Origin: an uncultured archaeon
GTDB lineage: Archaea; Nanohalarchaeota; Nanosalinia; Nanosalinales; Nanoanaerosalinaceae
Direction of reading: 5' to 3'
DNA: 64,000 nt
Assembly: GCA_964517675.1 (NCBI GenBank)
Contig: CAZFEL010000005.1
Location: forward strand, 9,250 to 73,249
This document shows positions 47,411 to 56,814 of the stretch, piece by piece. A program made the position numbers and the translations under genes. Position 1 is the stretch's first letter. Every line of letters starts with the position of its first letter. A model generated the notes under the pieces. The model saw only the letters and a program-made list of their open reading frames with translations. It had not been told where the DNA came from and ran no database searches.

Positions 47411-48012
47411 TCGTGGTTCACCTCGTAGTCTTCATACCCACCATCAGGGAGACCTCCTGCCGCCCGGTACTGCTCGAAGGTCTCGACGATCTCATCCTCG
47501 CCGAGGTACGCGACCGGGTCATCCGCCTCGAGGAGCCCATCCCAGTCCTGTTCATCCAGCTCGAGCGGGGAATCAGGGTTCCAGGGTCCGAACCCGCTGA
47601 TGTCGATCGGGTCCTCGTCCTCCCGACGGAGGTACCGCTCAAGTTCGCAGGAGGTCTCGTGTCGCTGCTGTTGTTCCCGCGCCTGTTCATACAGGTCTTC
47701 CGGGACGTCCTCGCCTGCCTGCTCGCGGGCGGCGACCTCGACCCGGGCCTGCCCCAGGTAGGACTCGACCGCCTCCTCGGGCTCTGCGTCCATGGCCCAG
47801 ATCACGTCCCACTCGCGCTCGTGGACGCGGAAGGTATCGCTGAAATACTGCATGCCGATGCTCTCGGCCTGCTCCCGGCTCAGGCCGTACTCGTCCCGCA
47901 GCCGGCCACGGAAGGCCTCCGTGTACACGCTTTCCTTCCGGCCACGGGCCATCCAGTCCGCCTCGTACGGGTGTGTCAGGTCAACGGCGATCGCATCGTC
48001 ATCGTCTGTCAT
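47407..48012 (-). CDS. Acidic hypothetical protein inside the NAD operon
   Basis: 201 aa; 4-bp overlap with pncA. Confidence 0.75.
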   Translation of the reverse strand: MTDDDDAIAVDLTHPYEADWMARGRKESVYTEAFRGRLRDEYGLSREQAESIGMQYFSDTFRVHEREWDVIWAMDAEPEEAVESYLGQARVEVAAREQAGEDVPEDLYEQAREQQQRHETSCELERYLRREDEDPIDISGFGPWNPDSPLELDEQDWDGLLEADDPVAYLGEDEIVETFEQYRAAGGLPDGGYEDYEVNHE

Positions 48013-48022
48013 GGTAGCATCC

Positions 48023-48430
48023 TCAGCTCGGGACCGGATAGGTTATCTCCGGCGGTTCCTCATCGAGGTCCTGTAGTCGGTCGGCGACGTTCTCGACGTG
48101 GTCCCGGGTCCCGCGGTACGGCATCTCGAGGTACTCTTCAGGACTGACGGCGCCGTCCCAGTCGTTGAACCCGTCCCCGGACTCGATGCCGTCCGGGGTC
48201 AGTCGCTCCTCGTACTCGAAGGACATCCGGCCGCGCTCAGAGACCTCGAGCAGTCTCACCGGGTCATCGATCTCGTCCTGAAGCTCATCGAGGGCACCGA
48301 CAACGGTCGCGCGGTACTGCTGCCAGGTTTCCTTCCGCTGTTCATTTACCTCCTGGTAGACCGCATCGATCGCCTCCAGACGGGCCTCCTGGCGGTCGAT
48401 CTCCGGGTTGTATGCATCCAGATTGTCCAT
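48023..48430 (-). CDS. Acidic hypothetical protein inside the NAD operon
   Basis: 135 aa; begins 1 bp after the pncB stop. Confidence 0.75.
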   Translation of the reverse strand: MDNLDAYNPEIDRQEARLEAIDAVYQEVNEQRKETWQQYRATVVGALDELQDEIDDPVRLLEVSERGRMSFEYEERLTPDGIESGDGFNDWDGAVSPEEYLEMPYRGTRDHVENVADRLQDLDEEPPEITYPVPS

Positions 48431-48431
48431 C

Positions 48432-49658
48432 TCAGATCACCTGCTCCATGTGCTCGTCGATGTAGGTTTCGATCTCGGCAGGGTCCTGCTCGCGGCCGGT
48501 CTTTGCCATCGGCTCGCCGTCGACCTCGTAGATGTCGGCGGTACAGTGGATACCATCATCGAAGCTGCCGGCACCGACCCCGTGGAAGAGGTCATAGGAC
48601 TCACCGAACCGCTCCTCGGACTCCTGCCGGTACGTTTCCTGGGCCTCGACGAAGGCCCCGGCCTTGTCCGGGTCCCCGAAGCCACTGGAGAGGATGATCT
48701 CGGTGTTGTCACCGTATCCCTCCTCAATCAGCCGGTCGCGGAGCGCCTTGACCCCGGAGATGCGGACCCCTGTGCCGGTCTCGTACTCCCCAGCCTCCAG
48801 GTCGTCCGGCCGTCCGCCCTGCATGATGTTTTCCCCGCATGTATCCACGCGGAACTTCGCCGTCCAGTCATCGTCCCCGCGGGTCGCCTCGAAGTACGCC
48901 GCGATCTGGAGTGCCTCATCGATCTCCCGATTGAACGTATCGATCAGCGTCGTCCGGGGGATCTCCTCGTCCATGTGCGTATCGAACAGCTCCGCGGTCG
49001 CCCGGGTCGCGTCCTCGCGACCGTAGTCCTCGGAGCCAGCCAGGGTCAAGGTGAGGAAATGCGGCGTCGTGCCGACCCCCTCCGCCCCGATGTTCGAGGA
49101 CCCGACATCCGTCGAGGTCTGGACCGCTCCCGCGTCCAGGACCGCCTCTGCCAGCTCCTGGTCTTTCGACCAGTGGTAATGCCGGGCGCCAAAGTACAGG
49201 AACGGCACATCGGCCTCGTCATAGATCTCCCCGACCTTCTCGGCCGCCTCGAGCATGTCCTCATACTCAGGCGTCTCGAAGCTGTTTTTCTCGGAAAGGT
49301 GGTGGGACATCACGCCAAGGTACATCGTCTCCAGCTCCGTGACGTCGGTCGCATTGCCCCTGATGACCATCAAGGGCTCTTTGGTCTCGAAGGTATTCTT
49401 CTCCGTGAGGTATAGCTCGCCGCCGTTCTCGGAGAAATCCGGTTTCGCGTACTCCTCGAAGACTGCCTGGGCCTCCGATAGGGCCTCATCCGGGATCGTG
49501 CCCTCGCCGCGGGCGAAGACCTTGATCGAGACCTCCGGATCGATGTCGGCGCCCTCGAGGATCTCCCTGGTCCGCATGAAGTACTTATCCGTGTAGGGTT
49601 TGTGGTCCTCGGGCAGCTTGGCCCTGTATTCGTCCACCAGGTCGTCGTGGTCTGTCAT
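48432..49658 (-). CDS. pncB: Nicotinate phosphoribosyltransferase-like protein (type II PRTase)
   Basis: YTDKYF.RT..IL, ETMYLG, FGARHYH, GTTPH, LIDTF, RVDT, IILSSGF, GVGAGS. Confidence 0.8.
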   Translation of the reverse strand: MTDHDDLVDEYRAKLPEDHKPYTDKYFMRTREILEGADIDPEVSIKVFARGEGTIPDEALSEAQAVFEEYAKPDFSENGGELYLTEKNTFETKEPLMVIRGNATDVTELETMYLGVMSHHLSEKNSFETPEYEDMLEAAEKVGEIYDEADVPFLYFGARHYHWSKDQELAEAVLDAGAVQTSTDVGSSNIGAEGVGTTPHFLTLTLAGSEDYGREDATRATAELFDTHMDEEIPRTTLIDTFNREIDEALQIAAYFEATRGDDDWTAKFRVDTCGENIMQGGRPDDLEAGEYETGTGVRISGVKALRDRLIEEGYGDNTEIILSSGFGDPDKAGAFVEAQETYRQESEERFGESYDLFHGVGAGSFDDGIHCTADIYEVDGEPMAKTGREQDPAEIETYIDEHMEQVI

Positions 49659-49668
49659 CATGATCACC

Positions 49669-49711
49669 TTCGTGTGTATTAAACACTAACTTGGTGTTAC
49701 ATGTACACGAA
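49669..49711. promoter_or_regulatory. Tandem NrtR-like operators in the pncB operon promoter
   Basis: TTcGTGTgtattaaACACtAA (49669-49689) and TTgGTGTtacatgtACACgAA (49691-49711); TATA box at 49715-49722. Confidence 0.85.
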
Positions 49712-49785
49712 AGATTTATATAGGTAATTGTAGATCCAACACGAAGATTAACGGGTACGATCCCGCGACCAACAGAGCGGATCAT

Positions 49786-50513
49786 TCAGTCCGGCTCCCA
49801 GTCCACAACATCGACGTCCACCGCATCGAGCTGGCCGAAGCTCCTGATAACCAGGAAAGCGAACCCGATCTTGGCCGCTACATCGAAGACAAAGAACAGG
49901 GCCGAGGACGTCGTGAACCCGAAAACAGCATAGCCATCAGTGCTGAGGACCCACGCGAACGGATAGGCGAACCACACCAGGACGAGATAGTTACGCAACC
50001 GCATGAAGAGCTTCTTCGTCCTCCCGGGACGCTCATCAGCAGCCCTGGTCGCCTTCGCAACCATCAGATACAACAAGAGGGGCGAAAAGGAACGAAGATG
50101 CGATGAACGCCATGTGCTTGACCGTGCCAGCGGTCACCGTCGCGATGAACCCTGTCAGGATCATGAGGAAGTCAAGCACCATCATCCATCCCGCCAGGGC
50201 GGTCCGCTGAGTCAGCATGATGACACCGAGGACGAGGATCGGGGTGGTGATGCTCCACTCGAAATACCTGAGCCAGACGACCTCACGCCCACCTGCGGAC
50301 ATGATACCCAGCCCGAGCGAGATGAAAAATACGACACAGCAGCAATAAGAGGGACCATCACGGTGGGCGGCGTAGAAATCCTTGTAGCTCAGCCCTGTCG
50401 AGAACTCGCCCAGGCCTTCCTCGGTGTGTCTGTGCCTGTAGATGATGTAGAAGCCGCCGTCAGGAACAGGACAAACCGGCGAAATGGATTGTGCTGGCGA
50501 TCATTACAGCCAT
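49786..50513 (-). pseudogene. Frameshifted type-1 microbial rhodopsin
   Basis: Helix C WLRYFEWSITTP, helix F LRN...WFAYP, helix G FDVAAKIGF (Schiff-base Lys); about five indels needed to restore the frame. Confidence 0.85.
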
Positions 50514-50603
50514 GCCCCAACGTTGCCCACACTGCGATTTAAAGGCGCCGTCAGCACGGATTCCAAGCGCATTTATGTCAGCACCCACTGTCCTGGAAGA
50601 CTG

Positions 50604-51163
50604 ATGGATGAGGAAACACTCAAAAGCGGGATTGAGGAAGCACTGGAGGACGACGGTATCACCCTGGTGAAGACCTCCTCCAGCCGGTACCAGTCGACCA
50701 ACCTCACCATCATGGAGGCCCTCGTCAACGACCACGGGCTCCCCGGTGTCTATGTCACCGTCAACAAGCCCTACACCACCATCACCAGACTCCTCGATGA
50801 TAATGACATCGACCCCACCCGTCTCTTTTTCATCGATGCCATCAGCAAGGACATGAACGCCAAGCGGAAGGATGAGGACAACGTCATCTTCGTCGAGTCC
50901 CCGCAGCGGCTCACAGACACCTCGATCGTCATGACCGAGGCCGTCCAGGGCATGACGGATAAGGAAAAATTCGTCTTCTTCGATTCCATGTCCGTCCTCA
51001 CCATCTACAACGAGAGCAAACGGTCACCAAGTTCGCACACTACCTCACAGGCAAGATGCGCACATGGAACGTCGCAGGCGTCATCATCTCAGTCGAAGAC
51101 AAGATGAACGACGAGCTCATCGCCCACCTGGTCCAGTTCGTCGACAACGTCATCCAGGTCTGA
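50604..51163 (+). pseudogene. Inactive KaiC/RecA-fold protein, copy 1, with a 1-nt frameshift near 51020
   Basis: GVYVTVNKPY, FFIDAIS, FFDSMSVL; the frame is restored by one extra A in AAA. Confidence 0.7.
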
Positions 51164-51238
51164 TCGTGACACTGGCGGACAACGGCGGGCAGCACCGACC
51201 AAGCTGATTTATGTCCGCCCCCGAATAGGTACATAATC

Positions 51239-51802
51239 ATGGACGGCAAGGAACTCGAGAACAAGATCGAGAAGGCACCCGAGCAACCGGGTATAACACT
51301 GCTCAAGACCTCCTCCGAGGACTACCAGGCAGTCAACATGGCGATCATGCGGTCCTTGGTTACGGACCATGACCTTCCAGGCATCTATGTCACCGTCAAC
51401 AAGCCGTACGGAACGATAACCAACGTCCTCGAAGAGAACGACATCGATGCATCGAAGATCTTCTTCATCGACGCCATCAGCGAGGACCTGAACGAGGAAC
51501 CGCCCGAGCGTCGGAAGAACGTCATGTTCGTGGACTCACCGAAGAACCTGACCGATATCTCGATCATCCTCTCGGAGGCCATCGATAACATGCCCGAGGA
51601 CGAGAAGTTCGTCTTCTTCGATTCCATGTCCGTCCTCACCATCTACAACGACAAAGAAGCCGTCACCAAGTTCGCACACTACCTCACAGGCAAGATGCGC
51701 ACATGGAACGTCGCAGGCGTCATCATCTCAGTCGAAGACGAGATGGAACACGATGTCCTCACCCATCTCACACAGCTCTGCGACAACGTCATCGACGTAT
51801 AG
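51239..51802 (+). CDS. Inactive KaiC/RecA-fold protein, copy 2
   Basis: Same motifs, no Walker A; 78 bp identical to copy 1 (51023-51100 = 51662-51739). Confidence 0.8.
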   Translation: MDGKELENKIEKAPEQPGITLLKTSSEDYQAVNMAIMRSLVTDHDLPGIYVTVNKPYGTITNVLEENDIDASKIFFIDAISEDLNEEPPERRKNVMFVDSPKNLTDISIILSEAIDNMPEDEKFVFFDSMSVLTIYNDKEAVTKFAHYLTGKMRTWNVAGVIISVEDEMEHDVLTHLTQLCDNVIDV

Positions 51803-51816
51803 ACAGAGGGACAACA

Positions 51817-52014
51817 ATGACAGACGATCTGGATGAACTGGCAGATGCTGTCGAAGACTGGAAACAGACCAAATACCATCTCGAGCGGCTCGTCCAGTCC
51901 GTCTTCGGCTCCGATGTGGACCCGGAGGCGTTCCGCGAGGAGTTCGTCGAGGACGATCACCCGATAGATCCGAAACTGTTCGACCTCATCACGGACATCG
52001 CCGATCAGAGATGA
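51817..52014 (+). CDS. Small acidic hypothetical protein
   Basis: 65 aa; ATGA overlap with phr. Confidence 0.7.
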   Translation: MTDDLDELADAVEDWKQTKYHLERLVQSVFGSDVDPEAFREEFVEDDHPIDPKLFDLITDIADQR

Positions 52015-53426
52015 CAGCGATCGTCTGGCTCCGCCGGTCGCTCCGCATCGAGGACAACACGGCCCTTGTGGAGGCAGCACAGGACCACGATGAGGTCATC
52101 CCTTTCTATGTCATCGATACCGACCTCTTCGAGCGCTCGACCATGGGATACCCGCGCGTCCGGTTCTGGCACGATGCCCTCCAGGACCTGAAAACGCGGC
52201 TCCAGGACAGCGGCAGTGACCTCCTTATCAGGCACGGCCGTCCCATCGAGAAGCTCCAGGAGATCGTCCACGAGACAGGGGCCGAGGCGGTCCACCACAA
52301 CCGTGACTATACACCGTACGCGCGGGAACGGGACCGGCAGGCCGATGTCGCACTCGATGTCCCGGTCCACTCGCACAAAGACACCGTCATGTACGAGAAA
52401 GACGAGATCATGACCAACAGCGGCACACCGTACAAAGTATACAGCTACTACCGTGACAAATGGTTCGACAGGGATACCCCACGGCCACGAGACGTCCCGT
52501 CGTTCTCCACCCCGGACATAGACAGCGAGGCAGTACCTGACCTCGAGCAGCTCGGGTTCGAGCGACCTGACGGCCTCGAGTGGATATGGGACGCCTCCCG
52601 CGATGGAGCGATGGACCGGGTGGAAGCGTTCAAGGACAAGATCGCCGCTTACGACAGCAAACGCGACTACCCGGCCGACGATGCCACCTCGAAGCTGTCA
52701 CCGCACCTGAAGTTCGGTACCATCTCGCCGCGGGAGGTCTTCTGGGAGGCCGAGCGGATGCGGCCACGGGTCGACGACGAGGAGGGAATCCGGACCTGGC
52801 AGGAAGAACTTGCATGGCGGGAGTTCTACATCCAGGCCCTGTGGCACTGGCCGGAGACCGTCGAGGAGCCGTTCCTGGACCAGTACAGCGGTATTGCGTG
52901 GCACTGGGATGAGGACCACCAGCGGATGTGGGAGCAGTTCCTCGAGGGCCGGACCGGGTACCCCTTCGTCGATGCCGCGATGCGCCAGCTCAGGCGGACC
53001 GGCTGGATGCACAACCGCGCACGGATGGTCGTGGCGAGTTTCGCCGCCAAGGACCTCCACGTCGACTGGCAGAAGCTCCACCTCCACTTCAAGGAGTGGT
53101 TCGTCGACGCCGAGCTGTCAGCGATGGTCGGTGGCATCCAGTGGGCCTACTCCCTCGGCACAGACGCCCAGCCGTACTTCCGCGTGTTCAACCCATGGAC
53201 CCAGGGCGAGAAGTACGACCCCGACGGCGAGTACATCCGCGAGTATGTCCCGGAGCTCCGCGATGTCCCGGACGAGTACATCCACAGACCCTACACGATG
53301 CCGGCCGACGTCCAGGACGAAGTCGGCTGTGACCTCGGGACCGATTACCCCCTGCCCATCGTCGACCACGACGAGGCACGGGAGACCGCGGTCGAACTGT
53401 TCGAGGCCGAACGCGATGACAGTTAG
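52011..53426 (+). CDS. phr: Class I CPD photolyase/cryptochrome family
   Basis: WLRRSLRIEDN, TSKLSPHLKFG, ELAWREF, GRTGYPFVDAAMRQL, GWMHNRARM, RVFNP. Confidence 0.95.
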   Translation: MTAIVWLRRSLRIEDNTALVEAAQDHDEVIPFYVIDTDLFERSTMGYPRVRFWHDALQDLKTRLQDSGSDLLIRHGRPIEKLQEIVHETGAEAVHHNRDYTPYARERDRQADVALDVPVHSHKDTVMYEKDEIMTNSGTPYKVYSYYRDKWFDRDTPRPRDVPSFSTPDIDSEAVPDLEQLGFERPDGLEWIWDASRDGAMDRVEAFKDKIAAYDSKRDYPADDATSKLSPHLKFGTISPREVFWEAERMRPRVDDEEGIRTWQEELAWREFYIQALWHWPETVEEPFLDQYSGIAWHWDEDHQRMWEQFLEGRTGYPFVDAAMRQLRRTGWMHNRARMVVASFAAKDLHVDWQKLHLHFKEWFVDAELSAMVGGIQWAYSLGTDAQPYFRVFNPWTQGEKYDPDGEYIREYVPELRDVPDEYIHRPYTMPADVQDEVGCDLGTDYPLPIVDHDEARETAVELFEAERDDS

Positions 53427-53511
53427 CTGCGATATCTGTGGAGAACCCATGAACGAGCACGCCTGCGAGCTCAAGTGCCCGAACTACGGCCATATCAGAG
53501 ACTGTCGATAA
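53416..53511 (+). CDS. Tiny CPxCG-like zinc-finger protein, possibly degenerate
   Basis: MTVSCDICGEPMNEHACELKCPNYGHIRDCR; the Cys expected in CPNC is Tyr. Confidence 0.45.
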   Translation: MTVSCDICGEPMNEHACELKCPNYGHIRDCR

Positions 53512-53571
53512 ATCAAAGATTTATCTCGACTCGACTGAAATCTACGATTTCAGGACTGCTCGGATCCGTGA

Positions 53572-54084
53572 TCACTCCGGTTCCCGGGTCAGCTTCTGGT
53601 CCGCGGACGGTTCGACCTCGATCTCCGCTCCCGGAAACGTCGACGAGATCTCCCTGTCCTGGAGCTCGTACAGGAAGATCCCGGTCGCGGTGACCTCCGA
53701 ATGGGGCTGGTTGCCAACAGCGAGATTGTGATCGACCAGCTCATAGACCTCACGCGGGACCTTCTGCGAGCCGACCGCGACCAGTATATCCTCGGCCTCT
53801 CGCACCGCATCCATCTTCTCGCGGAACGGCAGGCCGTACATCGTCAGGTGGACCGAGGTACCCTCGAAGTCCCTGATAACCCTCCGGTAGTCCTCCCGGT
53901 GGGTGATGTCGAGCTCCCCGCCCCACCGGTCCCGGACATCCTCTAAGCTCTCCACCATGTTGTCGTCTTTCTCACCGGAGTAGATCACCCGGTCAGCACC
54001 GAACTGGCGGGCGGTCAGTCCGACATGGGACGAGATCCGGTCATCCCTGCCGCGCCTATGCCCGAGACGGAGGACCGTTATCAT
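53572..54084 (-). CDS. trm56: tRNA (cytidine56-2'-O)-methyltransferase
   Basis: LRLGHR..RD.RISSHVGLTARQFGA, VHLTMYG, VGSQKVP, VGNQPHSEV. Confidence 0.95.
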   Translation of the reverse strand: MITVLRLGHRRGRDDRISSHVGLTARQFGADRVIYSGEKDDNMVESLEDVRDRWGGELDITHREDYRRVIRDFEGTSVHLTMYGLPFREKMDAVREAEDILVAVGSQKVPREVYELVDHNLAVGNQPHSEVTATGIFLYELQDREISSTFPGAEIEVEPSADQKLTREPE

Positions 54085-54110
54085 GCACTCCGCAGCGAGA
54101 ACGAGGCTTT

Positions 54111-54680
54111 TCAATCCCTTGGTCCCGTCACCAGCACCACGGCACCGGCCAGCAGGACGAGGACGACGAGGTGGACGGGCTGGACACCTGGAGCCTGGAC
54201 GCCCTGGACGCCCCTGTCGATCGTCAGCTGCATATCCATATCGAAGCGCTCGCCGGTCTCCCTGTTCTGGACATGGACCGTCAGCGAGCCGCCACAGGTC
54301 GAGCGGTAGCAGGTGCTCGGGGCGAACGTCAGCGAGATACCGCGGGTCGAGCGCCCCTCCACCGTGAACCGTGCACGGTCTCCGGTCACCCTATCCACGT
54401 TCCTGAACTCCGTGTAGACACCTGCATCACCGCTTGTCGAGGTCCAGATCTCGTACGTATCGGTCCTGATGCCCTCGTTCTGGACCCGGGCCACCCGTGT
54501 CCGGGTCGTCCCGATCTCGAGGTCGAGGTCGGACGTGTTGAACTCGATGGTATCCCCCTCACCGAATGTCTCGGCTAAGGTCTGCCGATCCCACGGCTCA
54601 CGCTCCGGCTCCATCATCGTCCCCGCAGCGGCTGTCGAGAACACGAGGAGACAGCACACCGCGATCGGGAGACGGGACAT
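54111..54680 (-). CDS. Secreted, C-terminally membrane-anchored hypothetical protein
   Basis: Signal peptide, beta-rich body, C-terminal hydrophobic helix. Confidence 0.7.
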   Translation of the reverse strand: MSRLPIAVCCLLVFSTAAAGTMMEPEREPWDRQTLAETFGEGDTIEFNTSDLDLEIGTTRTRVARVQNEGIRTDTYEIWTSTSGDAGVYTEFRNVDRVTGDRARFTVEGRSTRGISLTFAPSTCYRSTCGGSLTVHVQNRETGERFDMDMQLTIDRGVQGVQAPGVQPVHLVVLVLLAGAVVLVTGPRD

Positions 54681-54793
54681 AGACAGATATCGTATGCGGG
54701 CGGACACGATATTAAACTTTCCCGCCAGCATGGCTACCGGAAGTATCGGAACCTCTGGAAGCTTTTTTATCCCTTCTCAGCCAACAGAGGTAC

Positions 54794-56305
54794 ATGACGG
54801 AACCGGTCGGCACCATCATCTCGACAGAGGAGACCCCGACGGCCGAGGAGTTCACCTTCGTCCTCGAAGAACCGATCAAGAAAGAACAGTTCATCGAGTT
54901 CGATACAGAGGAGGGTCGGGCCATCGCGCGGGTCTCATCCGTCCGGAAGACGAACCTCTTTTTCAACCAGGCCGAATCCGTCTCCGAGTCCAACAGGCAG
55001 GGTATCTCCCTGCAGGATCACTTCCCCACCGAGGACAGGGAGTACCTGGTCGGTGAGGGCCGGGTCATGGGCGTGTATCGTGACGATGGCATGATCCAGC
55101 GGCCGTACTTCCCTGCCTCACCCGGTACCGACATCCACGTCGCGGACCGGGACCGGCTGGCGGATTTCCTTGGACTGGACCAGGAAAGCGGGCTCCACAT
55201 CGGGGACATCCAGCACCAGGACCTCGAGGCCCGCCTGAACATGACCAAGCTCTTCCAGAAACACCTCGCGATCCTGGCCCAGTCCGGGGCTGGCAAATCC
55301 TACCTCGCCTCCGTGATGCTCGAAGAACTGCTCGACCGCGACCAGGAGGACGGCCAGATGGCGGTCGTGGCACTGGACCCGCACGGCGAGTACGCCGGCT
55401 TCGCGGAGGACCCCGAATACGGTGACAGGGTCGAGGTCTACGACGGGACCGATATCCAGATCGGACTCTCGAACCTCTCGGCCGGCAAGTTCGACCAGTA
55501 CTTCACCGACGTCACCTCCCCCCAGAAGCGGGAGATCAACAAGATCCTCGATGACATGGACGAGGAGATGCACAAGGGCGGCGGTGTCTACGGGCTGGAC
55601 GAGCTCCAGCGACGGGTCGAGGAGGCCGACATGCCCAAAAAGACCAAACAGATCTGGATCGACCGGCTGAACAAGATGCAGTACATGGACCTGTTCAAGC
55701 GGTACGACAACCCCTCCCTGGACCGCGTCGAGTCCGGCAAGATGATCGTCCTCGATCTGTCGGACATCGTCGGCTACCGGAAGAAACAGATCATCGCAGC
55801 GTACTTCGCGGACAAGCTGTTCAAGGCCCGCCGTGGTGGCGATATCCCACCATACTTCTTCCTCGTTGAGGAGGCACACAACTTCGCACCCGAGAACGTC
55901 TCCTCAGATCATGCGATCGCCCGCGGTGTCATCCAGCGGATCGCACGGGAGGGACGGAAGTTCCACGCCTCCCTTGGGCTCATCTCACAGCGGCCGGTCG
56001 GGCTCTCGACGACTGCCCTGTCCCAGTGCAACACCCACATCATCCTCCGGGTGACGAACCCGAACGATCTCGACAGGATCAAGCAAAGCTCCGAGGGCAT
56101 CACCTCCGATGTCATCTCCTCGATACCCGGTCTCCGGGTCGGGGAATGCATCGTCGTCGGTGAGGCCGTCGACTATCCGGCCTTCGTCTCGGTGCGGGAG
56201 CGGAACTCCCAGGAGTTCGAGACAGGTCAGGGCCTCGAGGAGGCGGCTGCAGAATATGCGGACGAACAGGACCTCGAGGACGACGACATCGACGCGTTCA
56301 TGTGA
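54794..56305 (+). CDS. herA: HerA-family ATPase/helicase with HAS barrel
   Basis: HLAILAQSGAGKS, DPHGEY, VEEAHNF, REGRKF, SQRP. Confidence 0.9.
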   Translation: MTEPVGTIISTEETPTAEEFTFVLEEPIKKEQFIEFDTEEGRAIARVSSVRKTNLFFNQAESVSESNRQGISLQDHFPTEDREYLVGEGRVMGVYRDDGMIQRPYFPASPGTDIHVADRDRLADFLGLDQESGLHIGDIQHQDLEARLNMTKLFQKHLAILAQSGAGKSYLASVMLEELLDRDQEDGQMAVVALDPHGEYAGFAEDPEYGDRVEVYDGTDIQIGLSNLSAGKFDQYFTDVTSPQKREINKILDDMDEEMHKGGGVYGLDELQRRVEEADMPKKTKQIWIDRLNKMQYMDLFKRYDNPSLDRVESGKMIVLDLSDIVGYRKKQIIAAYFADKLFKARRGGDIPPYFFLVEEAHNFAPENVSSDHAIARGVIQRIAREGRKFHASLGLISQRPVGLSTTALSQCNTHIILRVTNPNDLDRIKQSSEGITSDVISSIPGLRVGECIVVGEAVDYPAFVSVRERNSQEFETGQGLEEAAAEYADEQDLEDDDIDAFM

Positions 56306-56313
56306 CCGGCTCC

Positions 56314-56784
56314 TCAGTTGACCTCGACCTGGAAGACATGGGTCACATTGCCCCTGTCCCAGTTCGCCTGTGTCACAAGGAAGTAGGCCCCCTCCCCAAG
56401 CGAGAACGACATATTCTCCTCATACCTCTGATCCGACAGTTCCTGTCCCTCGCTGTCCCGCACCTCGATCGTCAGGTTCGCTGGGTCGGTGTAGTTCACA
56501 GGGTAGAACCGGTATGATGCAGCAGGACCGACATCAGTCGAGAGGACCGCAAGCTGGGTGCTGATCTGGTCCGGATCGAGCTTGTCGACACAGGCCGTCC
56601 CGTTGTCGGATTCCCAGCAGAAATCTCCCTCCAGCCCGCGGACGATCTCTCCCTCGACCTCCATCAGCATGGCAGGTGGCTGGACCGGGTCGGATTCCTC
56701 TATATCATAGGACGAGGTGAAAATGGCCGCAGCTATGACCGCCGTGGTAAGGACCGATATGATGACGATCTTCTCGTTCCGCAT
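56314..56784 (-). CDS. Membrane-anchored/secreted hypothetical protein
   Basis: N-terminal TM helix, acidic beta-rich body. Confidence 0.7.
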   Translation of the reverse strand: MRNEKIVIISVLTTAVIAAAIFTSSYDIEESDPVQPPAMLMEVEGEIVRGLEGDFCWESDNGTACVDKLDPDQISTQLAVLSTDVGPAASYRFYPVNYTDPANLTIEVRDSEGQELSDQRYEENMSFSLGEGAYFLVTQANWDRGNVTHVFQVEVN

Positions 56785-56814
56785 GGGCTATCAGTCGGCT
56801 GCGGCACAGAGGGA

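Noticed and set aside
49786-50513. Xenorhodopsin, as described from Nanosalina
   Set aside because: Helix G has Asp, not Pro, at the BR-212 position
54794-56305. HerA as part of a defence system or a herA-nurA-mre11-rad50 operon
   Set aside because: No nuclease, Sir2 or repair partner is adjacent; it appears stand-alone in this window
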